From Jimgerdemannia flammicorona (taxonomy: Eukaryota): a DNA stretch of 35,416 bases. Location: NCBI GenBank assembly GCA_003990765.1, contig RBNJ01000252.1, positions 1 through 35,416 of the forward strand, in the 5' to 3' direction. Of this stretch, positions 1 to 11,149 are shown piece after piece; the first letter of the stretch is position 1, and each line of letters begins with the position of its first letter. A program made the translations under genes and the position numbers. Below the pieces are notes generated by a model. The model saw only the letters and a list, made by a program, of their open reading frames with translations, searched no databases and had not been told where the DNA came from.

Positions 1-91
1 TTTTTTTAAGAGGCCTTTACTCTCTTTGCTTCATTCTCTTACTCTTCTGCTTCATTTCCTCACTCTATCTGCTTCATTCTCTCACTCTTTC
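1..91. repeat. Partial unit of a pyrimidine-rich poly-T repeat family (same family as 26869-27285)
   Basis: A T-run followed by gaggcctttactctctttgcttcattc matches gaggtgcctttactctccctgcttcattc at 27124; three gcttcatt sub-repeats. Confidence 0.6.
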
Positions 92-217
92 TATTGGGAT
101 GACAATTTAATATATCAATATATAATTATGCTATTTTATTAATTTTATATCATTTATTAGTAATATGTAAAATACATAACCTACATAACTTTAATAAAAT
201 GTCTCTCTTTTATAATA
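92..217 (+). repeat. Copia 5' LTR (short, decayed TG...CA)
   Basis: tattgggatgacaatttaatatatcaat aligns with tattaagatagtaacttatatatcaat at 17517; ends in tataata (decayed ...CAACA) just before the PBS. Confidence 0.65.
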
Positions 218-219
218 AA

Positions 220-231
220 GGTTATGAGCCC
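220..231 (+). promoter_or_regulatory. Copia primer-binding site complementary to the anticodon arm of initiator tRNA-Met
   Basis: GGTTATGAGCCC is the reverse complement of GGGCTCATAACC, the half-tRNA priming site type used by copia/Ty5. Confidence 0.85.
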
Positions 232-289
232 CACCAGTACTAAGTAGCTATAGCAAAAACAAATACACCTCTTTAATATACACTATATT

Positions 290-3200
290 AGAAATATCAG
301 ACTAATATAGATATATATATCAATCATAAGTATTTCCACAGATATAATCTCAATAGATATGAGAAACACAGTCTTAGTTATAAGTATAAATATAGCCAAG
401 AGGTCTATTACAATTTTTGATAGGAAAGATTATGTGATTTGAGTATTCTATATGATAAATCTCCTTTATAAATATGGTTTAGTAGAGTATATAAAGCTAC
501 AAGCACTAATTCAAGATTATAATACTATAAATAATTACTGAGCATTATGCAAGATTGTATTTATATTATTGAATTTACAAAAAAAGCTCATAATATACAC
601 TATAATGGCTTACAAGATATGAGAGACTCTATGTAATTATCATTTATAAGTATCTATATTAAATCAATTCTATCTAAAATCTCAGTTATTTAATCTATAA
701 ATAAAGTCTAAGAAGAGTATCTGTAAATATATCAGTCATGTTAACAATCTGATAAATTAAGTGAATTCTCTCAGCATATTTATAGATTGTATTGATAATG
801 ATAATAAGATTATATATAATACCTACAAAAAGACTTCTAGATATATATAATATTATCATTATAGCTATACATAAGAGTAGCAGACTTATAAACTATATCT
901 ATATTTTAATGAGCATCATAAATAAGAAAATATATCAAGGAAATAGTGGTGACAATGATGAAAATGCCTTCTATAGATTCTGCAGACAACAATAAGGTCA
1001 ATAAATCCAAATTCAAAATTAGTACAATAATAACCAATCAACTAAATATAATAGTTATAATTAATACTATAGTAAGTAAAGATATAGGAAGTATAATTGC
1101 TATTACTGAAAAAATGACAAGGAGAGTGATAAAAGTAAATATAGTAGTTAGTATTGGTAATATAGAATTGGTAAAAAGAATTATTAAGGCCAAGAGAAGC
1201 ATGATAATACAAATACTACAGAAACTGATAGCAGTAGTATGTTTTTTATATAAGCAATATATATAGATTACAGTCTTATTATCAAATCCATCAATCTGTT
1301 ATCTATAAATTTCAATCAGCAGTAAAACACTTTTTACTTAATAAAAAGTAGTAATAATATCAGCAATGCCAATAGTGAAAACACCAATAGAGCAAACAGT
1401 ATACCTAGCTATATATCTGACAAATGTACTGTAAATATAGCCAATGACAATAATGTCTGACTCATAAATTCTAGAGCTATATAATATATAATACTATATA
1501 GAGAATAGTTCTCTATATATAAGCCTTTTAAATATTCTATACCTATCAAACTAGGCAATAATGAAATCATCTATGCCTAAGGAAAGAAAAATATAGAGAT
1601 ATATCTTTATAGTAATATATATTATAGAACTCACTGATATCTTTCTAGATATACTATATACTCTAGAAATTAGTAAAAATCTCTTTTTGATAGGCAAGAT
1701 AATATTCTCTAGCAATAAAGAGATATATATATTCAAAGAGTACAACAGTATATAATTTGGATAACAATAAGCTAATGATAGCCTCAAAATATAGTAATCT
1801 TTATATGATCAATAGTACACTGAATAGAAATAGTATAAAAGTCTCTCTATATATAATAACTATGTCTGATATATCTAATATATAGTATCAATACTTAGGA
1901 TATATTAGCAAATCAAGCCTTAAAAGAATGATCTAAAGTAGCTCAGTAAATAGATTACCAATATATATATATCTGGAGAATAACTTTTATAAGGTATATA
2001 TGGAAAATAAAGTATCTTAGCAACTATTTGAGGAATAATTAAAGTTCATATCTGAGATTCTTGACCTTATATATACATATACAGATATATATGGATCAAT
2101 ATATATGTACTATTATACTTTAGAAAGAAGTATTTTATTACCTTTATCAATAATTATATATGTAAAGTATATATATACTTCTTATTATTGAAGAGTAAAG
2201 CCTTAGATAAATTCAAAGAATTCAAAGTGTTTACTAAAAATAAGACAGAATATAAAGTATATATGATATGATCAGATAATGAATACAAATATATCAATGA
2301 TATATTTAAGTAGTTTCTGAAAAAATACAGTATATACTATCAAATGATAACTCCTTATATATATGTCTCAGAAAAATGGTATTCCTGAGCAATTCAACTA
2401 TATGATTATAGAAATAGTATATATGATGATCAATGCTATTAGATTAGGATATTTATATTAGGTAAAAGTGATCAATACTATAGTATATATATATAATTAA
2501 TATATATCTCAAGTACTAAGCAAGAATTCTAGCAATAATAAATATAGAGATAATGATCTTAGCTCTGAAGAATTATAGAGTAGATTTAAGCCAAATATAT
2601 TCCATCTATATATATTTAGATATAATATATATATTCTTGACAAGAGCAATATTAATCAGTATAAATTTAAGCTGAAAGCTGATAAGTATGTATTTCTTAG
2701 GTATTTCAGTAAGACTTATTAACTCTGAGATCTATATAAGTAGTATATAATTATTTTATATAATATATAGTTCAGAGAAAAAGGAATTCAAGATTTTACA
2801 TAGATGTACTAGTCAAGACATCTATATCTACAGTCTAGTTATTATAAATACAGCCTCTAAAGTAACTAGTACTAATCTCTCTAGTAGTTAATTAAAATTA
2901 TTTTCAACTACTATATATATCTAAGCTTGAGCCAGAGTTATCTGAGCTAAGAATAATGGAAATTAAAGATGAAGTTAATGGCAAAACCTCTAGTAATAAG
3001 AAATCCTCTACCTCTATGAAGAATAAACAAAAGTATTCTAATATTTACTAAGAAACTTATTCCAATTTAAGAAGTTATTATAAGTCCTAGACAGCAGTAA
3101 TGATAGGACTATGTGAGCTATACTGAAGTATACAAATATATATATATTATGATATCTTCTAGTAAGCCAAACATATATAATGAAGCTGTAACTACTAGTT

Positions 3201-3860
3201 CTGATAGTGAGAAACAGAAGTAAGCCATGAATGAGGAATATAATTTACTCATCAAGAATGATATATGGAATTTAGTGCCTCTTCTACCAAATTGCTAAAC
3301 AATTGGATCCTAGTGAGTCTATAAGATAAAGTACAATATCAATAGAAGTATAGAGTAATATAAAGCTTGTAAGAATATAGTATAGACTATGATAAGACAT
3401 TTTTATCTATATTCAAGCTTATATTACTTAAAATACTTTTTGTGATCAATATAGTATATAATCTTAAAATCTATCAAATAGATGTAAAGACAGTATTTCT
3501 GAATGATAATATAGATACTGAACTATATATATCAATTATAAGGATATAAAAATAGTGAGCTCATATATAAATTATATAAGAGATTATATAATATCAAACA
3601 AGTAGTATAGTTATAGAATTTATAAATATCTCTTTAATGATAGATTTATATATTGTAAAGCAGATAATTATATATACTCTAGTATTATAATAATAGTAGT
3701 ATAGTATTCATTGGTATTTGGATTGACAATATAATTATTATTATTAGTAAGAATAGGTTTAATAGAGTTAAAGAAGCCTTATACTGAGAATTCAAGATAA
3801 CAGATATAGGTAATATATTTTTTCTTTTAGAGATATCTATTATATAATAGAAATATATAT
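290..3860 (+). pseudogene. Copia gag-pol 5' part (gag, protease, integrase, RT N-terminal part), riddled with stops
   Basis: Reverted motifs: WLIDSGA (~1457-1480), WHQRLGH (~1882-1905), YFITFIDDY (~2131-2157), RSDNG (~2269-2283), QKNGIPERFN (~2369-2398), AMNEEY..KNDxWNLVPLP (~3225-3290), HQMDVKTAFLNG (~3472-3507), WIDD (~3719-3730). Confidence 0.9.
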
Positions 3861-3977
3861 TGTGACGTACACAATTGACAATGGAGTACCGGTGACTGCT
3901 AAGATCAGACGACATAATGGCATAACAATCAAATAGACAGCCTGACCCATTAGGTGATCATCCCAAAAGAAGACAAG

Positions 3978-5053
3978 ATGATCTGAGCCAAAATGAAGAC
4001 TATGTTATTTAAGGAACCATACTCTACCTCAAGGATTGGCACCAAAGAACCAAGTACCCACCATACAATGCCTCCCATTCGCCGAACCAACCAGACCTCC
4101 CGCTGCTCTATCCCTTTGCCTGGCCCAAAGACCCTGATCTTTGAAGCTATCAAGAAGGCCATCTGGTGCCCAGATACTTCCAAACACTTGAACTTCTACA
4201 CCGAGGACCTTGGACACTTCATCAACTACCAGTATATAATGACCCAACAGCTCAAAGACACTACCGAATGAATGACCCTCTGGCATGACTACGAAATCAG
4301 ACACTGCCTTTGCAATGAGACTCAAGGAGACAACCAGGAAGGCCTTATTACCGAATTGATAACCACTAGCCGGCTAATCAAGAGAGCCCTCTGTGTCCAC
4401 CAAATCTTCTGCCATATTCCCTGGGCTATAGCATACTTGCAAGGAGTAATAGCTGGTAGCCTCTCCTGCCTATCAACTGAAGATGCTGACTGGATAGAAT
4501 CCAAAGTAGCCAATGCTATTGGCAGCAACTGCATTGCTGTAGGAAGCCAACAAACTGAACCTACTCAACCAGGTTTTCACACCACCCCACTCCGAGATAA
4601 CCATCAAGGTCAGCTAATGAGTCTTATGGAGATATTTGAAGGACCACTCATTACCATAGAAGCACCCGTTGGAGCTACCCAACCACCCACCACCCTGTCA
4701 GCCACAATTCACATCTCATCATTTGGGAACCGAATCAAGAAGAAGCCCAAGAGGTCCCTGTCTTTAAAGAGGAGCCCCAAGAAATCCAAGGCCCTGCCCC
4801 TGAAGAAACCCCCTCTGATACTGAAACTGACGAATCTTCAGAAGAAAAAGAGGAGCAACAGAGAGTCTACCAGTCCTCTGTCTGCATTCAAGCTGTTCAA
4901 GGGTTGGAGAATATTGTTGAAGATGACTGGCCACTTTTCTACCCCCTCACCTCTTGGCCGGCGCTTCCCCCCTTTGAGGAGAGATATGATGAAGAAGAAA
5001 TCACAACCCAGCAAGATTTGCCTGCCACGGACGAAGGGTACTATTTCCTCTAG
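3978..5053 (+). pseudogene. LTR-encoded unknown protein, 5' LTR copy (CGA>TGA stops plus a 1-nt indel near 4680)
   Basis: ORFs 3993-4271 and 4272 onward share a frame. Their stops are CGA in the 3' LTR copy. The frame ends YYFL* as in the 3' copy. Confidence 0.8.
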
Positions 5054-5078
5054 AGTACCGCCCATCAGCTGTAAGAAC

Positions 5079-5322
5079 TTTGTCAGCAAGTCCATTTCCA
5101 GTGTTGCTACCCAGTACCACCATTTTCAGCATTTTGTCAGCAGGTCCGAATTCAGCGTTGCCACCCTCTACAACCGTTTCTGGCAACAATCATCATATCA
5201 TGTCAGCTCATCTGAATTCAGCATTACTACTCAGCACAACCATTTCCAGCATTGCTATCCAGTGCTGCCATTTTCAGCATTTTGTCAGCAAGTCCGAATC
5301 CAGCGTTACTATCCCCTACAAC
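5079..5322 (+). repeat. Imperfect ~54-bp tandem repeats in U3 (enhancer-like); copy at ~15253-15496
   Basis: tttgtcagcaagtcc...cagcgttgctaccc...ccattttcagcat recurs at ~5079, 5133, 5201 and 5281. Confidence 0.8.
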
Positions 5323-5441
5323 CCAATCCATAGTAAATAATAGCCTGCACCTCACATCATGCAAACCAATAGCATAAGTTTGCCACAACATAGTATACCT
5401 TAGCCTTAGTCATGCCCCCTCTCCCATAGCTAGCAAACTTG

Positions 5442-5473
5442 TATAAATAACCCATATTCTTAGAGTGAATAAA
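5442..5473 (+). promoter_or_regulatory. LTR TATA box (5442) and poly(A) signal AATAAA (5468); copy at 15616-15647
   Basis: TATAAATA and AATAAA are conserved in both LTRs, and the same arrangement occurs in the other LTR families of the window. Confidence 0.65.
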
Positions 5474-6177
5474 CCTCAGTCAATTGGTTTTGAGAAATAA
5501 CCACTGTCTCTAAGAGACTGGATAAATTCTGAGAACAAGATAACAACCTAGAGCAATGGATCACTCAGATGTTTGAGTTAAAGAATTTTCTCTTGCCATG
5601 GAAAGAAAACGTTACCTGACTGCCACATTCGAGACCGCCATTCGGACCACTGCATTTGCAGCCATTCGAGATTCAAGACCCCGAAAAGCCAAGGAACTCA
5701 AGGATACCAGTACCAGACCCGCCAGCTAGCAAGAACAACCACCAAGGACCCCCGTAAACCTGCCCTCAAGTTAACAAGTTAGATGGATGAGCGAGCTGTC
5801 AACCTCCATTTTCCTGATCTACTGCGCCACAAACTGCTTAAAGCCAAAACTGTTGTCGCTGAGTTTACCGCCAAGTTAATCACTGCCAGGAAACTTAGCC
5901 AGCATAATCGCCGCCCTTTTCCACAAAACAATTGAGCCATCGACGTCCTGAGCCATTGAACAACTAAGCGACCTCATCACCGACGTCCTGAGCCCACCAT
6001 TGTTGAACAATCTCCCACTATTATTACTGCACAAATCGAATGACCTGTCACGTGACCATCGACCCATAACCACCGCGAACGACACCAATGCCTTCAGATA
6101 TACATCACGCGCTTCACCAAGTGGCACACATTGAGCTGTACAGTTGAAGTTCATTATATATAACCAATGCCACATTT

Positions 6178-6198
6178 TGGGGGCTCAACTGGGAATTG
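6178..6198 (+). promoter_or_regulatory. Gypsy A primer-binding site, probably tRNA-Pro
   Basis: TGGGGGCTCAACTGGGAATTG lies 3 nt after the LTR. Reverting two CpGs gives TGGGGGCTCGACCGGGA, close to the known tRNA-Pro PBS TGGGGGCTCGTCCGGGAT. Confidence 0.8.
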
Positions 6199-6244
6199 TT
6201 TTCAAAAGACTTGACCATTTGGCTCAAGAACCCAGTGATCTACA

Positions 6245-8030
6245 GTGGAGAACTTAGCAGGACCAAGTCAGCAACCAAACCAGGGGCAGCAACAGCCCTC
6301 CTCAGCAGAAAAGAAAGCCCACACCCTTGTCAGAACAGTAGCCAGGACCCTACTCAACACCAGTAGCCAGAAAACTGAATCAGAAGAAAGAAGTGACCCA
6401 GATTTCGGTTTGACTTCAAGAGAAAGGAGACAACTCAGAGGACAACCAGAACCACCCCTTCAGATCCAAGACTTAGACCAAGAAGAAGAAGAGGATATCC
6501 CCGAGGAGTATCAGACCCTTATCCATAGGAAGAACTCAGACAGAAGTGACTACATAACTACTGTTGTTACTCAAGTCACTCTACTAGACCAGGTATACTT
6601 TGAAACATCAGAAGGAGAAGAGGACTACCATCCATATCAACTAGAGCAAGATGACGATTGGGGATCAGACCATCAAAGGGACAAATTCAACCTATACTAT
6701 TATCCAGACAGCGACACTGACCCATAGCAGCAACCAGATGAACAAGACCTCACTACTTCACAACAGCAAGGGGCAGACGAACTCACTATCAGTTATATCA
6801 GTCCACTCCCACCATCAGTTGCCCGAACTTCAGTACCCTGGTCACTCACACCTCGCCACTATCACCAGTCAATCAGAAGATCTCCACCACTACCCAGGAC
6901 TTCAACCCCAGCATTAATTAGAAGAGCCAGATTACCCTCACCCTCACCAAGACACCACCCTCTGCCAGCACTACTAGTTCATCAAGTATGAGCACCACCA
7001 CCTTTCCCATCACCCCAAGGATCTGTCAGATCTCCTACCCCTGAACAATACTCAGATAGTGAAGACGAGCCAGACATGAGCTACCTTCAGAAGTTCCATG
7101 GTGCGGACAATGAGGATATCGAGGAATTCTTTGGAGAAATTGAAGTTCAAGCAGCTGCCAAACAATGGGATGCTGCGAGAAAACTCAGAATTGTGGAGTC
7201 ACTCCTAAGAGGACCAGCCCTACAGAGGTATAATCAAGCCAAGCAAGCCGGAGGAGAAATCCATACAGAGGAACTGAATGATGGCCTTCAACCTGATAGG
7301 AACCATGTAGCAAGGCATGCCCAGTTCAATGGATTCGAGTACCAACAAGAAGCACATGAGGCTTTGACCTATATGAGCCAAGCTGCCAATAAAACCCCCA
7401 AGAGTTTCTACCATCGGATTCAAGCTCAAATGATCAAGGCGAATCTTCAACCAGTAGTCCAACTGGCCCTAGCCTCAACCACCTTCCTCAATGGCTTATA
7501 CCCAGAACTCCGAAGGCAAGTTATCAGGATGGGATATTGAAACATTGAACAGCAAGTTGCTGGAGCACAAGAATGCTGGGAAGCAGATTATAGACCAGTA
7601 CAACAAGTACAAGGCTATTCTGAGCCAATCTGAGCCGAAACCCCAAGGACCCAAGGAACAACCATGGAGCAAGAGAATGCCTTCCTCAGAGCCCAGATAG
7701 CCAACTATGAGAACAAACCAGCACCCACAAATCCGACTCCATTCAGGCAACCACAGCAGCAGCCACCATCAAGAGTTTAAGAAGACCCCATGACAATGCT
7801 CACTAAGCAAATGAAGGACCTGGCCATCGCGGTTGCCCAGCTGAACAACTAAGGTAGAAGACAACAAGACTACCATTGTGATAACAGACCAGACTACTGG
7901 TAACAAGACAACAGAGGTCCTGCCCCCGCACTACCAGCTGCAACTACAGCCTCATCAGCGACCAGTTCCTATGGTCCCACCTACTTCAGCTGTGGAAATC
8001 AAGGTCACATCCAGAGGAATTGTCCAAGGA
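6245..8030 (+). pseudogene. gag: Gypsy A gag: acidic/Pro-rich N-extension, capsid-like domain (7076-7540), CCHC knuckle (7982-8023)
   Basis: FHGADNEDIEEFFGEIE...LLRGPA...FLNGLYPELRRQV; (C>Y)FSCGNQGHIQRNC; all in one frame with transition-derived stops. Confidence 0.88.
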
Positions 8031-8719
8031 ACCAATCCACCCAGTCCAATGACAGAAATGTCAACCTCTTTCAGGTAGATGAAGAGACTCAGGAGATGGA
8101 AGAAGAAGCAGCCTGGCTCCATGGTCAAGAAGATGACATCTACCCATACTTCGAGGCTTTTCCATCCAAGGTGACATGGGAAGCTGCCCCAGCAGAGACC
8201 AGAGGATGAGGAAGACCATGAAGGAACCCCCCACCTCAACTGCTAGTAACAGTATCCACCGGCAAGCATCCGCGACATGGCCATTCTTCTTCAGACACTC
8301 CACAAGAACAGGAGAAGCGAGTTAGAAGAGATACTCCTGAACCAGAAGCCGGACTATCTAGGACAACCCCCAGCTCTACCCTGCCAGACCTTGAAGAAGA
8401 TGAGCATATGAGCATAGAATCTTCAGCTGATGAAATGCCCATCAGGAATGAGAGACTACACCCCAAGGGACCAAGACACCAAAGAAGCAGCAAGCCCCAT
8501 GCAGCAGCCTCACTTTGGGAACATATCCGCCTACAGAATGCTGGTCTTATAGTTGAGCAAGTCCTCAAGAATGCACCAGAGGTCAGGCAAAAATTCCTGA
8601 AGAAAGCCAAGGAAGATACCAAGAGACTTCCAGTCCAAGGACCACACACTCAAGAACCTAGCACTATCCACACAATTCATGAGAGCCAGCGACATGAACA
8701 TCAATCTACAAGACTCGCC

Positions 8720-9070
8720 GATGGAAAAGTGTATGGTGAAAATGCCAGAATTCTCGTCAATACTGGAGCAGCAGTATGCATCATCACCCAAAGGATATTG
8801 GAGCGAATTGGATGTGGAATAGATGAAGGAACCAAAGCAAGGGTTATCATGGCCAACGGATCAGCTTCCACACCCCTTGGACTTGTCAGAGACATCCCCA
8901 TTCAAGTCGGAAAGGCCCGCCTCAATGTACCCAAAGCCGTCATGACCCCCACAACCTCCTATGACCTGATCCTGGGAACTGACTGGTTAAGCCGAGTTGG
9001 AGCCAACGTAGATATCAAGAAACAACTCCTGGTCTTCTCCATTCATGGACAGAAGCACAAGGTGCCCATT
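8720..9070 (+). pseudogene. Gypsy A aspartic protease (catalytic D>N)
   Basis: ILV(N)TGAAVCII with AAT at 8759, and YDLILGTDWL, within ORF 8408-9781. Confidence 0.92.
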
Positions 9071-10179
9071 GACTCGAAAGGATCATCTAAAAGGACAAAT
9101 CAAGCCTCAGAAACAGAATGGCAAGGACATGGCGACACCCCTACCACTACTGAGGATGAAAGTGAGGCCAATTTCCTACAAGAACTAGGAAGTGATTTCG
9201 ATGCCCCAAGGGACCAAGAAAGTGAACAAGAAGACTCTTTCATTAGAGTTATTGGTGTTGAAGGCCTGGAAGAAAGCATTGATAGAGCCATTAATGCAAG
9301 GGCAGCACTCGAGTTTGCAGGACCTTCTGCTCAACCACCACCACTACTGGTAGAAAATCAGATCATGCGAGCCTTTCGTCAAGGCACATGTGAACACTTC
9401 ATCAGCTTCCACTCACCAAGAGATGACTGCAGCAATTGCCGAATCCTGGATCTCAAGAAGGTTCCAATACCAGAAATTGATGACAAGGATGAATTGAAGC
9501 AAGCACCATCCCATGGCCGAATACAATCTCCAACCCCAAAGACCTTCAAGAAGACCTATAAGGAAGGACAGAAGATCCTCGCCTGCCAAACATTCAAGTC
9601 CCTTACCATCGAAGGAGAAAGCAACAGCTCTTACACTATCACCCAGGCTCTCCAGATTACACAGCTCACCTATGACAGGTATCGGAAGAGATTCCCTACC
9701 AGTAGGGAGGTCAAACAGCAAAATGAAGACTTTGTCAAGAAGGGACATTGTGATTGTGGAAAAACCTTTACCTGCTACTAGTGCGAATATCGAGATGTTC
9801 ACCTCAGCGAAGATATCTACAAGAGCCGAGTCAAGAGAAAGGATCCCACCTTGCAAGAACCTCGAATTCGCTGGGCCTGTTGGAAGTGCAAAGAAATCAA
9901 CCACGAAGGAGATTGCAAGTTCAAGAGCAAGACCTCTATCTGGGACCTACCATTGGAAGTTCTTGCCATCATTCGCTGGTACTGTCGCCCTCATCAAGGA
10001 AAAGAAGGTGTCAACCTTGTCTTCATCCTTATGGAAGCTCTGGACCCTCTAGAAAAGACTGGATTCAATTACACAAGAAACTCAAAGATGGGAGCTCACT
10101 GGCCTTTCTTCAAACCAGAGTGCATGGACTTCTCACCTACAATGGCAACAGCTGAAGCACCATTTCTCAAAGCTCAACC

Positions 10180-10590
10180 AATTATCCAGATCAAGTTGCT
10201 TTCACCCTGGGCACAGCCACCTCTTGCACAAACAGAAGGATCAGTTGGTTATGACCTCTGTCTCCCCTACCAAGCAAGAATCTGGCCCAGAAGTACCAGG
10301 ACTTTTGACCTACAGATCGCACTCGCTATACCACCTGGGCATTATGGACAGTTGGCCTCAAGATCCTCATTGGCAACCAAAGGAGTCACAGTAGAAGGAG
10401 GAGTCATCGATCAGGACTACCGAGGTCCCTTGAAGGTCATCATCCACAATTCTAGTAGAACCAGCCAATTCTTCAGTCCCATGGAAGCCATCTGCCAAAT
10501 TCTGTTTATCAAGACATTACAGCTGACCATCCAAGAGGTAGACCAACTAGAAGATACCAACAGAGGACAAGGAGGCTTTGGAAGCACCAA
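10180..10590 (+). CDS. dut: dUTPase domain of the Gypsy A polyprotein (reading frame intact)
   Basis: All five trimeric dUTPase motifs are present: GYDL, SRSS, GVIDQDYRG, ICQ, RGQGGFGST. Confidence 0.96.
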
Positions 10591-11149
10591 TAGAAATCTA
10601 TGGACACCACTTATTGAGGTTCATTTGGCAACAGTTGCTCAATTCCGATAAATGAGACCCCATATCTGCCACCCAATCTGAGTAAGAGAAGACATCCTCC
10701 TGCAGCCCTACCAGCAAAAAGGCCTAGATGTGCACCTACCAGTAGAAGCAAACAACTTGATATTTGCACCATCACTGGAGCTTCAAAAGGAATACCACAT
10801 CCTCCTGGCTGAAGAACGAATTCATGACCAGATGTCACCAATCCACATCCCTATCAGAAACTCAGGCTTCGAAGTGATAACTATCCCCAAAGGAACAACA
10901 CTGGGATATTTCGAACCACTGATAGACACCTATGAGGAAGAAGTCTTCGAATTCTTGGGAAATGGCAAGTCCTCTCCGGTGAGACTGACAGTACCAGGGA
11001 GGAAGACTCAGCAAATTCAGCAATCAAAGCTGTCGACATCGAGACAACTCTAACCAAGGACCAGCAACAACAAATACAGGAGTTGATAGAGGAGTACAAA
11101 GATATATTTACCACTACATACGATAACTTCCCACCATATCAATACGGAG

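Larger units (their letters stand above)
3861..6174 (+). repeat. Gypsy A 5' LTR (2314 bp)
   Basis: Starts TGTGAC, ends CCACA, and is colinear with 14034-16348. Confidence 0.97.

Noticed and set aside
792..1787. Short Ile/Tyr/Lys-rich ORFs as host genes
   Set aside because: They are by-products of C>T decay of Copia gag-pol.
4272..5333. 353-aa ORF as an intact gene
   Set aside because: It appears to be a chimera of the LTR gene's middle and an alternative frame produced by a 1-nt indel relative to the other LTR.
5500..6170. Second protein-coding ORF in U5 of A
   Set aside because: The frames I read contain stops shared by both LTRs, and there is no counterpart in B.
10180..10590. dUTPase as a host gene, or as a direct defence against the observed C>T decay
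   Set aside because: It is in frame within the polyprotein. dUTPase cleans the nucleotide pool and cannot repair deaminated (methyl)cytosine in DNA.
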